DNA of 64,000 nucleotides from an uncultured Dehalococcoidia bacterium (GCA_964608025.1 CAZSLO010000007.1:14825-78824), one strand, 5' to 3'. Positions 39,816 through 49,020 are shown, counted from the stretch's first letter. Notes: generated from the letters alone by a model not told the origin. A program made the numbers and translations.

Positions 39816-40841
39816 ATGGCCACCTACATTGCACGTAGACTTTTCCTAGCTTTCTTCACCTTTTGGGTAATATCAGTTGCGTCCTTCGTTATTATTGAAC
39901 TGCCCGAAGGTGACACAATTGACCGCATGTTCGATCGGACTACCCGCACGCACTCGGAGGCAATCGCCATAGAGATGCTTGCGGAGCTACGTCTCCAACT
40001 AGGCCTCGATCAACCGAAACACGTCAGATACAGCAAGTGGATGTGGGAACTTCTTCAAGGCAATTTAGGCCAGACCATGGTGCCATACGGTGGGTTTGGC
40101 AATCAGCGTCCTGTAAAGGAAGTTATTGGAGATCGACTATTCACCACAATCGCCTTAACTGGTTTTACCATACTGGTCACCTGGACGTTCGCGATCCCTG
40201 TTGGAATATATTCTGCAGTACGGCAACACTCTGTAGGAGACTATATTTTCACTTTCGTAGGCTTTACCGGCCTGGCAGTACCAGACTTCCTTCTTGGCCT
40301 AGTTCTAATGTACATCGCCTTCGCCTATTTTGATCAGAGTGTGGGAGGACTCTTCTCAGCAGACTATGCGGGTTCAGATTGGTTTGAAGGTACATTCAAT
40401 TGGGCAAAGTTATCCGACATGATCAACCACCTGTGGATTCCTGCTGTGGTACTGGGCACCTCGGGTACTGCTAGTCTTATCCGAATCATGCGTAACAATC
40501 TGCTGGATGAGCTTGGTAAGCCATACGTCATCACAGCCAGAGCAAAGGGTTCGGTATCGTGGAAAGTTATCCTCAAATACCCAGTTCGAGTCGCGATTAA
40601 CCCTATGGTTAGCACGATTGGTTACCTGCTCCCTTCCCTTGTAGGTGGCAGCGTTATCGTCTCTGTCGTACTCAGCCTACCAACCCTAGGGCCAGTTCTA
40701 CTCGAGGCTATCACCCAAGAAGACACTTATACAGCAGGACCTATCATACTAATGCTAGGCGCACTAACCGTCATAGGGACACTTATATCCGACATATTAC
40801 TGGCTGTCGTAGATCCAAGAATAAAGTACGTCCAATCGTAG
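39816..40841 (+). CDS. ABC peptide/nickel-type permease (DppB/OppB family), paralogue 1
   Basis: N-terminal YIARRL....F helix, the binding-protein-dependent transport EAA-type loop (ARAKG.S...ILKYPVR.A) and a C-terminal DILLAVVDPRIKY. Confidence 0.9.
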   Translation: MATYIARRLFLAFFTFWVISVASFVIIELPEGDTIDRMFDRTTRTHSEAIAIEMLAELRLQLGLDQPKHVRYSKWMWELLQGNLGQTMVPYGGFGNQRPVKEVIGDRLFTTIALTGFTILVTWTFAIPVGIYSAVRQHSVGDYIFTFVGFTGLAVPDFLLGLVLMYIAFAYFDQSVGGLFSADYAGSDWFEGTFNWAKLSDMINHLWIPAVVLGTSGTASLIRIMRNNLLDELGKPYVITARAKGSVSWKVILKYPVRVAINPMVSTIGYLLPSLVGGSVIVSVVLSLPTLGPVLLEAITQEDTYTAGPIILMLGALTVIGTLISDILLAVVDPRIKYVQS

Positions 40842-40865
40842 AATACTAACTTGATTACTTATATC

Positions 40866-41148
40866 GTGCAGCGCATTGTCATGGCCTTCATGACGGTCAT
40901 GGCAATATCAGTCATAGCCTTCATAATCATCGAACTGCCCTAATATGACTCCGTCGCGAGAGCATGGATCAGTATATGACCGTGGGTTCTACCCAACACA
41001 ATCCCGAAATTGTGGCCCATTGGAGAGCATATTTCGGTATAGACAGACCACAGCACATACATTATTGGCAGGATTTATAGTCTTGATAACTGGTGTCCTG
41101 ACAGTCGTCGGTACACTAGTATCAGATATACTCCTAACTAGATCGTAA
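40866..41148 (+). pseudogene. Decayed remnant of a further DppB-type permease paralogue
   Basis: Three fragments are present in different frames and separated by stops. They are an N-terminal helix (VQRIVMAFMTVMAISVIAFIIIELP-stop), a piece matching YLGLDQPQYVRYLKW (YFGIDRPQHIHYW), and the C-terminal helix (LAGFIVLITGVLTVVGTLVSDILL). About 250 central codons are missing. Confidence 0.75.
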
Positions 41149-41241
41149 ATACACCAATTCCGAAAAATTGTTCGCACAATAAGTACGGTATGTACTGCCC
41201 CTAGCTTGGTTTTGGTATGATCCAAGGTGCAATAATTTATC

Positions 41242-44200
41242 TCACTTCCAATCCCTTGCTGTTGGCAAAGGATGAGTAATTGGGATACTTTCTATATATT
41301 GAGCGACCACATTAAATGTGCCTTCTTTGCGTGATACGAAACCTTGTATCTTCAGCACAGGATTCTTAATAACGGCCTGAAAAAGCTCGAAGACTTTTGG
41401 CCATACCACCAGTGATATATGGCCAAATTCATCCTCGAGTGTTATGAATACTGCTTTAGAGCTTGGATGCTGTCTCCGAATCACCAGTCCAGCTACTGTT
41501 ACCTTTGCACCATTTTCTAAGCCAAGTATATCTTGACTCGATACCACATCTGGCAAGTCTTCACGCAAATATGTCATAAAATGGTTTGTGGGATGGATAC
41601 CCATCGTGCGGTACTCATTTAACATAATTTCCCAGTCGGTAATCAATGGAAGCTGTCCCATATCTTGTTCGACTGGGAACCCTAATGTCTTTTGAGCACC
41701 ATCCGGCTGATATAGAAGTCCAACTTCCCATAGAGCCGTACGTCGGTCTGAAACCATCGAGTCGAAAGCTCCAGCTGTGACCAAATTCTCAACATCATCT
41801 CGGTGGAGTCCACTACGATTCATCGTATCTGAAAGGCTATTGAAGTTCCCTCCCCTATCTCTTTCTTGAATTATTTCACCTATTTTGGATTCACCCAGAC
41901 CATCCACTTCCATAAACCCAAGTCTGAAAGTTTCATCGTCCACGATTGTGCATTTGGCTATACTATGGTTTATATCCGGATTTAATACTTGGATGCCATG
42001 ACGATTGGCATCCTCCTTAAGCGTCTCAAGATTGTAGAACCCCATCGGCTGTTGATTAAAAATCGCAACGTAAAACTCAAGTGGATAATGATATTTGAGC
42101 CACGACATCTGGTAAGCCGTAATTCCAAAAGCATAGGCATGTGATTCTGGAAACATATACTGCCCAGAGAATTTTCCGAATACCTTCCTCGCCACATCTT
42201 CTGATACACCATTGCCAGAAGCTCCATCTCTAAATTTTTCCCAGTATTTTTTAAGTACGCCGTGGTTGTTCTTACGTCCAAAGGCTCTTCGTAAATTATC
42301 ACCATCTTTATAAGTTAATCCTGCAACTTCTACCGCCAGTTCGTTGACTTGATCCTGGTAGAGAATTATGCCCAGAGTGCGTTCCAATGCTTTACGCTCT
42401 CTAGGATGATCATAATCCCACTCCATTTTCTTGCGATAACGCTCGATAAACTGGCTGACTCCATGATTGATCCCAACTCCCGGTCGAACAGCAGCAACTT
42501 CATAGGCCATCTCCGTAAAACTATTGGGTTTTAGTCGCACAACTGTCTGCATCTGGGCTGGTGACTCAATCTGAAATATACCTATTGTGTCGGCCTTGTG
42601 AATCGAGTCATATACATTTTGATCATCACTTATCATTGACAGGTCGATGAATTTACCCGTTCTCTCTTCGACCAACTCCAAGGTCTCGTGCATCTGTGAT
42701 AGAGCACCAAGACCCAAGAAATCTATTTTCACGAAGCCAGCATCCGCAATACTGTCTTTGTCCCACTGGCAAATGTATCTATTATCCAATCCTCCAGGCT
42801 GGATAGGAACCATGTCCATAATCGGCTTATCACTAATGACCATCCCGCTTGAATGTTGCATAAGATATTTCGGGAACCCTTGCAATTCAGACACCATCCC
42901 AATTAGCGTATCCCAAACCGGTACGTCAATCTTATGCCTGAAATCCGGAAGAGTTTCCATTTCAGATTTCAAGCTATTGCCATGGCTACTATCTACTCTC
43001 TTAGCCAACTTATCGACATCCTCTAAGGGAATGCCCAGTGCCTTTCCAAGATCCCGTATACAACCCTTCATTTTATATGTGGCAATCGCACCAGTGAGTA
43101 CAGATCTTTCCCATCCATACTTATCATGGATGCGCTTTATGGTTTCTTCACGTATATCACGTGGAAAGTCGATATCTATATCAGGGATATTTCCAATACT
43201 CTCGTTTAGGAATCGATCAAGGGCAAGTTCATATTTAAGAGGATCTATGTGCGAGAGACCAATTAAATATCCTACTAGCATTGATACTGACGAACCGCGT
43301 CCACGTCCGGGAGGTCGTTCTTCCAAGGGTATCTCTGGATCACTATGCCCAAGATTTATCATCACTTCACGAGCTATCTTTATCACCTCGTAGTAGATCA
43401 AGAAGAATCCGGACAGTCCATGCATTTTGATCAGTCGAAATTCCTCATCAAGCCTTTCTCTCACATCAGGGCGCATCAACCCATATTTGCGAACAGCTGC
43501 ATCTTCACAAATCTGTTCTAAATAACTCTGAGCCGTGTGTTCAGGTGGAAGATCGCTGTATCCTGGAAAGCTGTAACCAAGCTTCGTTTCTAAATTAAAT
43601 GTGCACCGGTTAGCTATCAAAAATGTATTGTTAACTGCTTCAGGTAGGTCCTGAAATAAAACATCCATTTCCTCTCTAGATCTCAAGTAGAAATTTGAGT
43701 TAGCACGTCGTTCCCGATGTGTTTCTTCGAGTGTCTTATTGTGCTTAATGGCTACTAGTAGATCCTGAAGCCTGTGTCGCTCAGGAAGGTGATAGTGGAC
43801 GTTATTGGTCGCTACAACAGGAACACCAAGAGTACGTGCTAGCTGTACTAAACGTTTATTTCGTAGCGTATCTCCATATATTAGGTTTTGCTGTAACTCA
43901 ACAAATACACTTGCAGTTCCAAACCAATCTATGTAATTGCTAATCTCTGCTTCAGCATCTTTAGTCCTTGCCTCGCTCACAAGGCGAGGCACACTGCCCT
44001 TAGCACAGCCCGTTAGCAATATAAGTCCTTCTGAATACTCCTTCAGTAATACTGGATTAAGCTTGGGATCCATCCTCTCCCCATCTAAACCCATCCGAGA
44101 TGCTGTCATCAAATTACAGAGGTTCGAGTATCCTTGGCGAGTCTCTGCCAAGAGTGTCAAATGGGATCCATTTGAGAGGGTTATCTCGGCGCCTGTGATC

Positions 44201-44385
44201 GGATGGATATGGATGCTATTGGCAAGTCGCGAGAATTCCATTGCCCCACTCAGGTTATCGTGATCAGTGAGTGCCAATGCTGGATATCCAAGTTCATCAG
44301 CACGAATAAGAAGCTCTTCCAGAGATGAGGCACCCTCTTGGAATGAATAGTTACTGTGGCAGTGAAGTTCAACGTAGGGCATCAT
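41242..44385 (-). CDS. dnaE2: Error-prone DNA polymerase III alpha-type subunit DnaE2 (ImuC)
   Basis: 1047 aa. PHP domain start YVELHCHSNYSFQEGAS, a Pol III alpha core (PDIDIDF), and an OB-fold C-terminus. It lies directly downstream of imuB, as in mutasome cassettes. Confidence 0.9.
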   Translation of the reverse strand: MMPYVELHCHSNYSFQEGASSLEELLIRADELGYPALALTDHDNLSGAMEFSRLANSIHIHPITGAEITLSNGSHLTLLAETRQGYSNLCNLMTASRMGLDGERMDPKLNPVLLKEYSEGLILLTGCAKGSVPRLVSEARTKDAEAEISNYIDWFGTASVFVELQQNLIYGDTLRNKRLVQLARTLGVPVVATNNVHYHLPERHRLQDLLVAIKHNKTLEETHRERRANSNFYLRSREEMDVLFQDLPEAVNNTFLIANRCTFNLETKLGYSFPGYSDLPPEHTAQSYLEQICEDAAVRKYGLMRPDVRERLDEEFRLIKMHGLSGFFLIYYEVIKIAREVMINLGHSDPEIPLEERPPGRGRGSSVSMLVGYLIGLSHIDPLKYELALDRFLNESIGNIPDIDIDFPRDIREETIKRIHDKYGWERSVLTGAIATYKMKGCIRDLGKALGIPLEDVDKLAKRVDSSHGNSLKSEMETLPDFRHKIDVPVWDTLIGMVSELQGFPKYLMQHSSGMVISDKPIMDMVPIQPGGLDNRYICQWDKDSIADAGFVKIDFLGLGALSQMHETLELVEERTGKFIDLSMISDDQNVYDSIHKADTIGIFQIESPAQMQTVVRLKPNSFTEMAYEVAAVRPGVGINHGVSQFIERYRKKMEWDYDHPRERKALERTLGIILYQDQVNELAVEVAGLTYKDGDNLRRAFGRKNNHGVLKKYWEKFRDGASGNGVSEDVARKVFGKFSGQYMFPESHAYAFGITAYQMSWLKYHYPLEFYVAIFNQQPMGFYNLETLKEDANRHGIQVLNPDINHSIAKCTIVDDETFRLGFMEVDGLGESKIGEIIQERDRGGNFNSLSDTMNRSGLHRDDVENLVTAGAFDSMVSDRRTALWEVGLLYQPDGAQKTLGFPVEQDMGQLPLITDWEIMLNEYRTMGIHPTNHFMTYLREDLPDVVSSQDILGLENGAKVTVAGLVIRRQHPSSKAVFITLEDEFGHISLVVWPKVFELFQAVIKNPVLKIQGFVSRKEGTFNVVAQYIESIPITHPLPTARDWK

Positions 44386-44687
44386 AGGCCAAGTAGTGGT
44401 CTATGATGCTGTTTATACCAGGTCCCATTAGCCAAGTCTCGGAATATAACAATCAGTGTTTCGTTATCAATACATACCTGGTAATAGCGCCTGGCAATTG
44501 AATTGGGTCTCCACCATTCATCAACTATTTCCCACATATCTTGTATCGAGATCACACTAAACCTTTGTCCACGTGAAATAATCGCGGTGGGCCTGTGTTC
44601 TCTAGTCTCTTCCACTTGAATCAGTTCTGGCTTATTTAAGGGGCGAATTCGACCAAGGCCTGTCTTCTTTCCGGTATTCTCGACCAC
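44382..44687 (-). CDS. ImuB C-terminal-domain-like small protein (separate ORF in the -1 frame relative to imuB)
   Basis: DEWWRPNSIARRYYQVCIDNETLIVIFRDLANGTWY resembles the (PE)WW...RDY(F/Y).V....G..LW.FR..... W block I recall at the C-terminus of full-length ImuB proteins. It overlaps imuB by 52 nt and forms an ATGA overlap with dnaE2. Confidence 0.5.
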   Translation of the reverse strand: MVENTGKKTGLGRIRPLNKPELIQVEETREHRPTAIISRGQRFSVISIQDMWEIVDEWWRPNSIARRYYQVCIDNETLIVIFRDLANGTWYKQHHRPLLGL

Positions 44688-45817
44688 GGCTCTACATCCA
44701 CCACCTTGTAAACTGGGGGTCTCATTCTTAAGCGTGTCCTGAGCTGATGCATAACATCACGAAGTTGCTCCTGTTTGCGTACTTCATCAAGAAGATTCGA
44801 TTGAATTCCAGTTTCTCCTGAGGTTTCGCAAACCGTAATACGTATATCCTCTAAGGGCCCTGCTATCTCGATCCCTTGCAGAGCATTTTTCAATACCAAG
44901 AACGCCGATTTACCTTTGTTAACGGGATTTTTAAAAACCAGTTTCTTCGACCATGGTGTCCGATTAAGGATATTCGACTGAATAAAAATAGACTGGACAT
45001 ATTTACCGGAGAGGCTTGGATGGGCAAATAACCGACTCAAAAGCAATTCTATTGCAGGAAATATATTGAAAATTGAGGTAGTAGGAACAGGAAAAGTGAG
45101 TAAGTCAGTCACAATATCAGGTCGCTTTGAGGGAACCACCGGATCGTTATCAAATCCATTCGACAATTCCCAGGCCACCCGGCCCTGTGGGCCGAATTGA
45201 GCCTGCATGGACCCAATCGATAGAGTTGCTATCTGGCCCATGGTGTGAAGGCCGAAGTCATGTAAACGTGATCGTTTCTCCCATGACAAAGGTAATAGAT
45301 CGATTGGGATTCTCTTAAGAAAGCTAGCTACATCATCCGGAACTAAGATTGTTCTTCCAGGCTTACTGGTAACAGCCGCAATGTAGGCTGGGTACTTCGA
45401 TTTTGCTAGTCCAAGACGAGCACCAAAACGAGATGGTACTACTCCAAGCAAGGTTTCTATGATTTCCTGATCGCTACCGTAAATACCTTCAGTTCCTTCC
45501 ATATCTAAAAAAACGCAACCTAGTTTCCCATTCTCGACAACTGGGCTCTTTTCGAAAAGAGCCTTCAGGAAGTTATCGAATATATTTTGATAGTAAACCT
45601 CGTCCGATTCGATAAAAGTCGCATTTTTACAACGAGACAGTGCCTCTTGCAGAGACATTCCGACCGAAACACCCTTGACTTCCGAAGAAAAATCGAGGAT
45701 CGAAGAAATCCCTTTAATCCGGGAGGTAACCAGAATCGGCTTGCCTTGCAGGCTCGGATTCCTATGTATCTCCGCCTTCACCGGCAAATGCGTGATCAAC
45801 ACACAAACGACCTTCAT
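44636..45817 (-). CDS. imuB: ImuB, catalytically inactive Y-family polymerase-like mutasome subunit (lacks the usual C-terminal module)
   Basis: Y-family fold (LDMEGTEGIYG, little-finger region), but the N-terminal catalytic DxD is replaced (VCVLITHLP), as in ImuB. It lies upstream of dnaE2. Its 393 aa is shorter than typical ImuB. Confidence 0.8.
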   Translation of the reverse strand: MKVVCVLITHLPVKAEIHRNPSLQGKPILVTSRIKGISSILDFSSEVKGVSVGMSLQEALSRCKNATFIESDEVYYQNIFDNFLKALFEKSPVVENGKLGCVFLDMEGTEGIYGSDQEIIETLLGVVPSRFGARLGLAKSKYPAYIAAVTSKPGRTILVPDDVASFLKRIPIDLLPLSWEKRSRLHDFGLHTMGQIATLSIGSMQAQFGPQGRVAWELSNGFDNDPVVPSKRPDIVTDLLTFPVPTTSIFNIFPAIELLLSRLFAHPSLSGKYVQSIFIQSNILNRTPWSKKLVFKNPVNKGKSAFLVLKNALQGIEIAGPLEDIRITVCETSGETGIQSNLLDEVRKQEQLRDVMHQLRTRLRMRPPVYKVVDVEPWSRIPERRQALVEFAP

Positions 45818-45843
45818 CAGGTATAGGATGTCCTTTCTTTATT

Positions 45844-45857
45844 AGTACATTAGTTCT
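45844..45857. promoter_or_regulatory. Candidate LexA (SOS) box upstream of imuB
   Basis: AGTAC-ATTA-GTTCT (minus strand AGAAC-TAAT-GTACT) has one mismatch to the Gram-positive-type palindrome AGAAC-N4-GTTCT. It lies 27-40 nt upstream of the imuB ATG. Confidence 0.45.
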
Positions 45858-46113
45858 ATTTATGGTAATCTCTCTTACTTTGATTTTCAAGGGTATTGAT
45901 AGGAATTCCGAGCTGGTTTTTCCTTAGTCTAGGTTCAACCTATGGCTAACAGAATAGCTTCGTCAAAAAAGGTAAATCAGTATGCACACTCGCAGTTTTG
46001 GTCGTATTGTATGAAGTAATATCTAACAATACAGATCTAGACACTGCTTCAATCCACATAAGTAATAACGATTCGAACAGGGAAAATAATTACAGGACAC
46101 CCGTAGGAAAAGA

Positions 46114-48945
46114 GTGATTCGAACCATAAATCCACAACGCCTTATACGATCAACCTACTTGGGGATTAACTTATTAGCCCTCTGTATATCCACACTACTC
46201 GGATGTGACATGCTGACCACAACAGAAGAAACCGCTAGTTTATGCGTGGAACTAAACTCAAAACCTGTCTCGAATAAATTATCAGTAAAGATATCTCCGG
46301 TTAATAAACTACTCCTACTGGGTACATCTATAAACCTGCAAGCGAAGGCAGGGCCAGCGCCGGGAAGCTGCAGTTGGTCAAGCAGCGACAACACTGTCCT
46401 ACTCATCACCGAGTCATTTTCGCAAAACGACACTTCAGTCACCAATATCAAAACCAAAGGCATAGGTACTGCGACCATAACTATCAAGTACACAACGAAA
46501 CTGGGGGAGATCATTACAGACTCGATTGAGTTGACTGTGATCGATCTTGATATTGATGTACTGGGAATCCCTGATGCCGACGAGGAATCCGTGGGAGCAT
46601 TTTTACCCTTCAGCGGAGGTACCGACTCCATAAGAGAACTCACATTTAGGGCAATTCTAGGCAATGTCGTAGGCAAAATTACCCTGGACTCCAAATCTGG
46701 CGCTGACAAGATCCGGCTCTGGAGCAATGCGTCTAAAACTAAGCGCATTCAAACACCAACTCAATTTAATCCTACGGAATTACCTAGATCTCTGTTTGTA
46801 GAAGGCATAGAGCCTACCGTCGGCTCACGCGAGATCGAACTAAGCCTTACGATCAAGTCCGATTATGGACAAATATCCGATTCAATAAAGCTGTCCGTCG
46901 TACGCATCGATCTAGACGTCGACAGTGATCGTGATGGAATCGTGCATGACGATAGCGATGAGTCTGGAGAAAATGAGTGGACAGAAACCCAGGGTGCAAT
47001 GTTCATGGTCAATTACGACAACGATGATGGTGACCAAGACGGGCTTCCAGACGCAATATACTTCGATGTAAATGGCCTCCCTATATCTGAGGATTTCATC
47101 GTGAACGGCCCAAATGACACCAAGGATCTCACGGAGGTCGTCGTCCGGATTCACGGTATCGATACTAACGATCTTAAGGCTGTCAACTTACACGTACCGA
47201 AACTTGACCACATCAAGGGAATTCACATGTTCGATGCTATAGAGCAGGGAAGAATCTCTTTCTGGGGTGGTCCGAACGAAAGTAACTTAGCAACTGATCT
47301 CACAAAATACCTCGTAGCCGGAGGAAAAACTACGTTCGGGATCGAGGGTCTTTTCTTCAGATACACTGCGCCTGAAGCGTATGGTGGTATCTTTGAGGAT
47401 GGTTATTCCGGCGAATTAGAACTTGAACTAACTGCCACAGGACCCAAAGGTACATCATTAGGTTCCGACCAAGTTTTGCTGCGCGTTGCACCATTCATAA
47501 TTCTCCCTAACACTCAGGACGCAGTCGAAATATGGGGCCGTGATTTGAATCTCGAAGACTTTAGATCAACACTTCAGGACATCGTTGCACTTCACCATTA
47601 CCAATCCGGGGAAGACCAATGGACCCAAGACCACATAGAGATAGGGTACACTCAGGCGCCAGGCAGACCAAAGACACACATAGTGCTCCAGCTACCAAGA
47701 GCACGGCTAGCCAACGAAGGTATAGAAGACGCCACCCCACAGTGGCCTAGGGAACATTTACTTGGACGTAATCAAGGCCTATTCCGGTTCTGGAATTTCC
47801 ATATGACCAAGGGACTCAATGCAGGAGATTACGGTGGCAACATAGAACTAATGCCACCTACCCAAGAATGGCCGCTCGGACGCATCCTGGTAGGAAATAC
47901 TATAAGTCCACCTCTACTAAAATTTCTCCAGGACCAACGAGTACAAGATCCATTCCAGATTAGTACCGAATGGCTGCGTGTAGGACATGTCGACGAAGTA
48001 CTGGCTTTCGTGCCCGATGAAAATCAGTGGAGCCTCGTGATCGCAGATCCTATTCAGGCCAAAAGTCTTCTGGCCCCTCTTGAAGAAGATGCCGTTTTCT
48101 TCAAGAGGGGCCAAGTAAGCCGCGGATATTATTTCTCCGCATCACCCAAGAGTTCCAAAACAACACTTGTTGACTCTGCAAATACCAACTTCAGGCACTC
48201 CCGGTGGGAATTCGCTAAGTATATACGCATCTACGACGGGACAGGTGCTGGTCAAGTAGCAAGAATAAGCTCTAAAGACAGCGGGATACTGACCATAGAC
48301 AAGGTATGGCAAACACCTACAAAAGCTGCTGATTTAGGTTACAAAGGTCCAGCAGAGTCGACTGCATCTATTAATGGACAACTTGATTCCATTAGCATCC
48401 CACCTAGTGGTCAATGGTTCAACATTCCAGACGATACTAGTCGATATCTACTCATAGAAGATACTCTATTCTGGATCGATGGCATTGGACAAGAGGTCCC
48501 TGCTGTTATCAGTGTCCACGAAATACTTAACGACTCTCTCCTATGGGATTTGAACGATATAGCAGCGTACAAGATAAAAGATATCGTGGACCGGATAGAC
48601 AGCATCTCGGGGGATGACATCAACGTAATACGCGTTCCAGATTTCTTTATGGGATCATTCTCTGATAAAGGCGATGCGATTGAAGACGCATTCACATTCG
48701 CACCGGCCCTAGCAAATCTTCAAGTAGCCGGGGGGTGGGTTTTTTCCTCCGAGAGGTACGGCCCACAAAACCTAGACGGCAACGACGTTCTTCAACATGG
48801 TTTCGCAACCTTGATATCGAGTTCAGTCCATACTATCGATGGCTGGGATAGGTACCACAGATGGACAGGTAACGTACACTGTTTCACTTACGTAAAGAGA
48901 GAGCCTTTTGAATTCAACTGGTGGTCTCATATTTCTGAAAGATAA
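46114..48945 (+). CDS. Exported protein-arginine deiminase (PAD)-like lipoprotein with N-terminal Ig-like (Big_2) domain
   Basis: GTG start after AGGAAAAGA. Signal peptide plus lipobox (ISTLLGC). A Big_2-like domain follows (GTSINLQA...SWSSSDNTVL...GIGTATITI). The PAD middle-domain-like region has DVDSDRDG, MVNYDNDDGDQDG and RVAPFIILPNTQ. The PAD catalytic domain has WTQDHIEIGY, EWPLGRILVG, WLRVGHVDEVLAFVP and GNVHCFTYVKREPFEFNWW. Confidence 0.75.
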   Translation: MIRTINPQRLIRSTYLGINLLALCISTLLGCDMLTTTEETASLCVELNSKPVSNKLSVKISPVNKLLLLGTSINLQAKAGPAPGSCSWSSSDNTVLLITESFSQNDTSVTNIKTKGIGTATITIKYTTKLGEIITDSIELTVIDLDIDVLGIPDADEESVGAFLPFSGGTDSIRELTFRAILGNVVGKITLDSKSGADKIRLWSNASKTKRIQTPTQFNPTELPRSLFVEGIEPTVGSREIELSLTIKSDYGQISDSIKLSVVRIDLDVDSDRDGIVHDDSDESGENEWTETQGAMFMVNYDNDDGDQDGLPDAIYFDVNGLPISEDFIVNGPNDTKDLTEVVVRIHGIDTNDLKAVNLHVPKLDHIKGIHMFDAIEQGRISFWGGPNESNLATDLTKYLVAGGKTTFGIEGLFFRYTAPEAYGGIFEDGYSGELELELTATGPKGTSLGSDQVLLRVAPFIILPNTQDAVEIWGRDLNLEDFRSTLQDIVALHHYQSGEDQWTQDHIEIGYTQAPGRPKTHIVLQLPRARLANEGIEDATPQWPREHLLGRNQGLFRFWNFHMTKGLNAGDYGGNIELMPPTQEWPLGRILVGNTISPPLLKFLQDQRVQDPFQISTEWLRVGHVDEVLAFVPDENQWSLVIADPIQAKSLLAPLEEDAVFFKRGQVSRGYYFSASPKSSKTTLVDSANTNFRHSRWEFAKYIRIYDGTGAGQVARISSKDSGILTIDKVWQTPTKAADLGYKGPAESTASINGQLDSISIPPSGQWFNIPDDTSRYLLIEDTLFWIDGIGQEVPAVISVHEILNDSLLWDLNDIAAYKIKDIVDRIDSISGDDINVIRVPDFFMGSFSDKGDAIEDAFTFAPALANLQVAGGWVFSSERYGPQNLDGNDVLQHGFATLISSSVHTIDGWDRYHRWTGNVHCFTYVKREPFEFNWWSHISER

Positions 48946-49020
48946 CTAGATCAACCTTGACGAGGATACCAGTCGTCAATATAGTGCAGGCAATTCGATC
49001 TCTATATCTACTATAAGGGT

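Noticed and set aside
40945-41225. Track ORFs 40945..41148 (+) and 40989..41225 (-) as independent small genes.
   Set aside because: The plus ORF is the frame-shifted tail of the decayed permease copy (it ends in the permease C-terminal helix). The minus ORF is its antisense shadow.
41149-41241. Short palindromes downstream of dnaE2 (AGTAC-GGTAT-GTACT; CTTGG...CCAAG), considered as a second LexA-like site or as element boundary repeats.
   Set aside because: The spacing (N5) does not fit the LexA box, the stems are only 5 bp, and I found no matching copy at the other side of the block.
42647-43393. Long antisense ORFs inside real genes. Examples: 248 aa opposite dnaE2, 258 aa (51820..52596) opposite kbl, 190 aa (36467..37039) opposite the ceramidase-like gene, 197 aa (46155..46748) opposite the PAD-like gene, and 146 aa (29465..29905) opposite the SDR.
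   Set aside because: Their sequences are low-complexity and Ser/Pro/Arg-rich with no motifs, and each lies entirely within a strongly supported gene on the other strand. They are typical shadow ORFs.
44636-44700. Search for a classical -1 programmed frameshift signal (X XXY YYZ heptamer plus a downstream structure) in the imuB / small-ORF overlap.
   Set aside because: Only CCGGAAAGAAGA is present. I could not identify a canonical slippery heptamer or an obvious downstream hairpin, so programmed frameshifting is not asserted. Split gene, mutation or assembly error remain equally possible.
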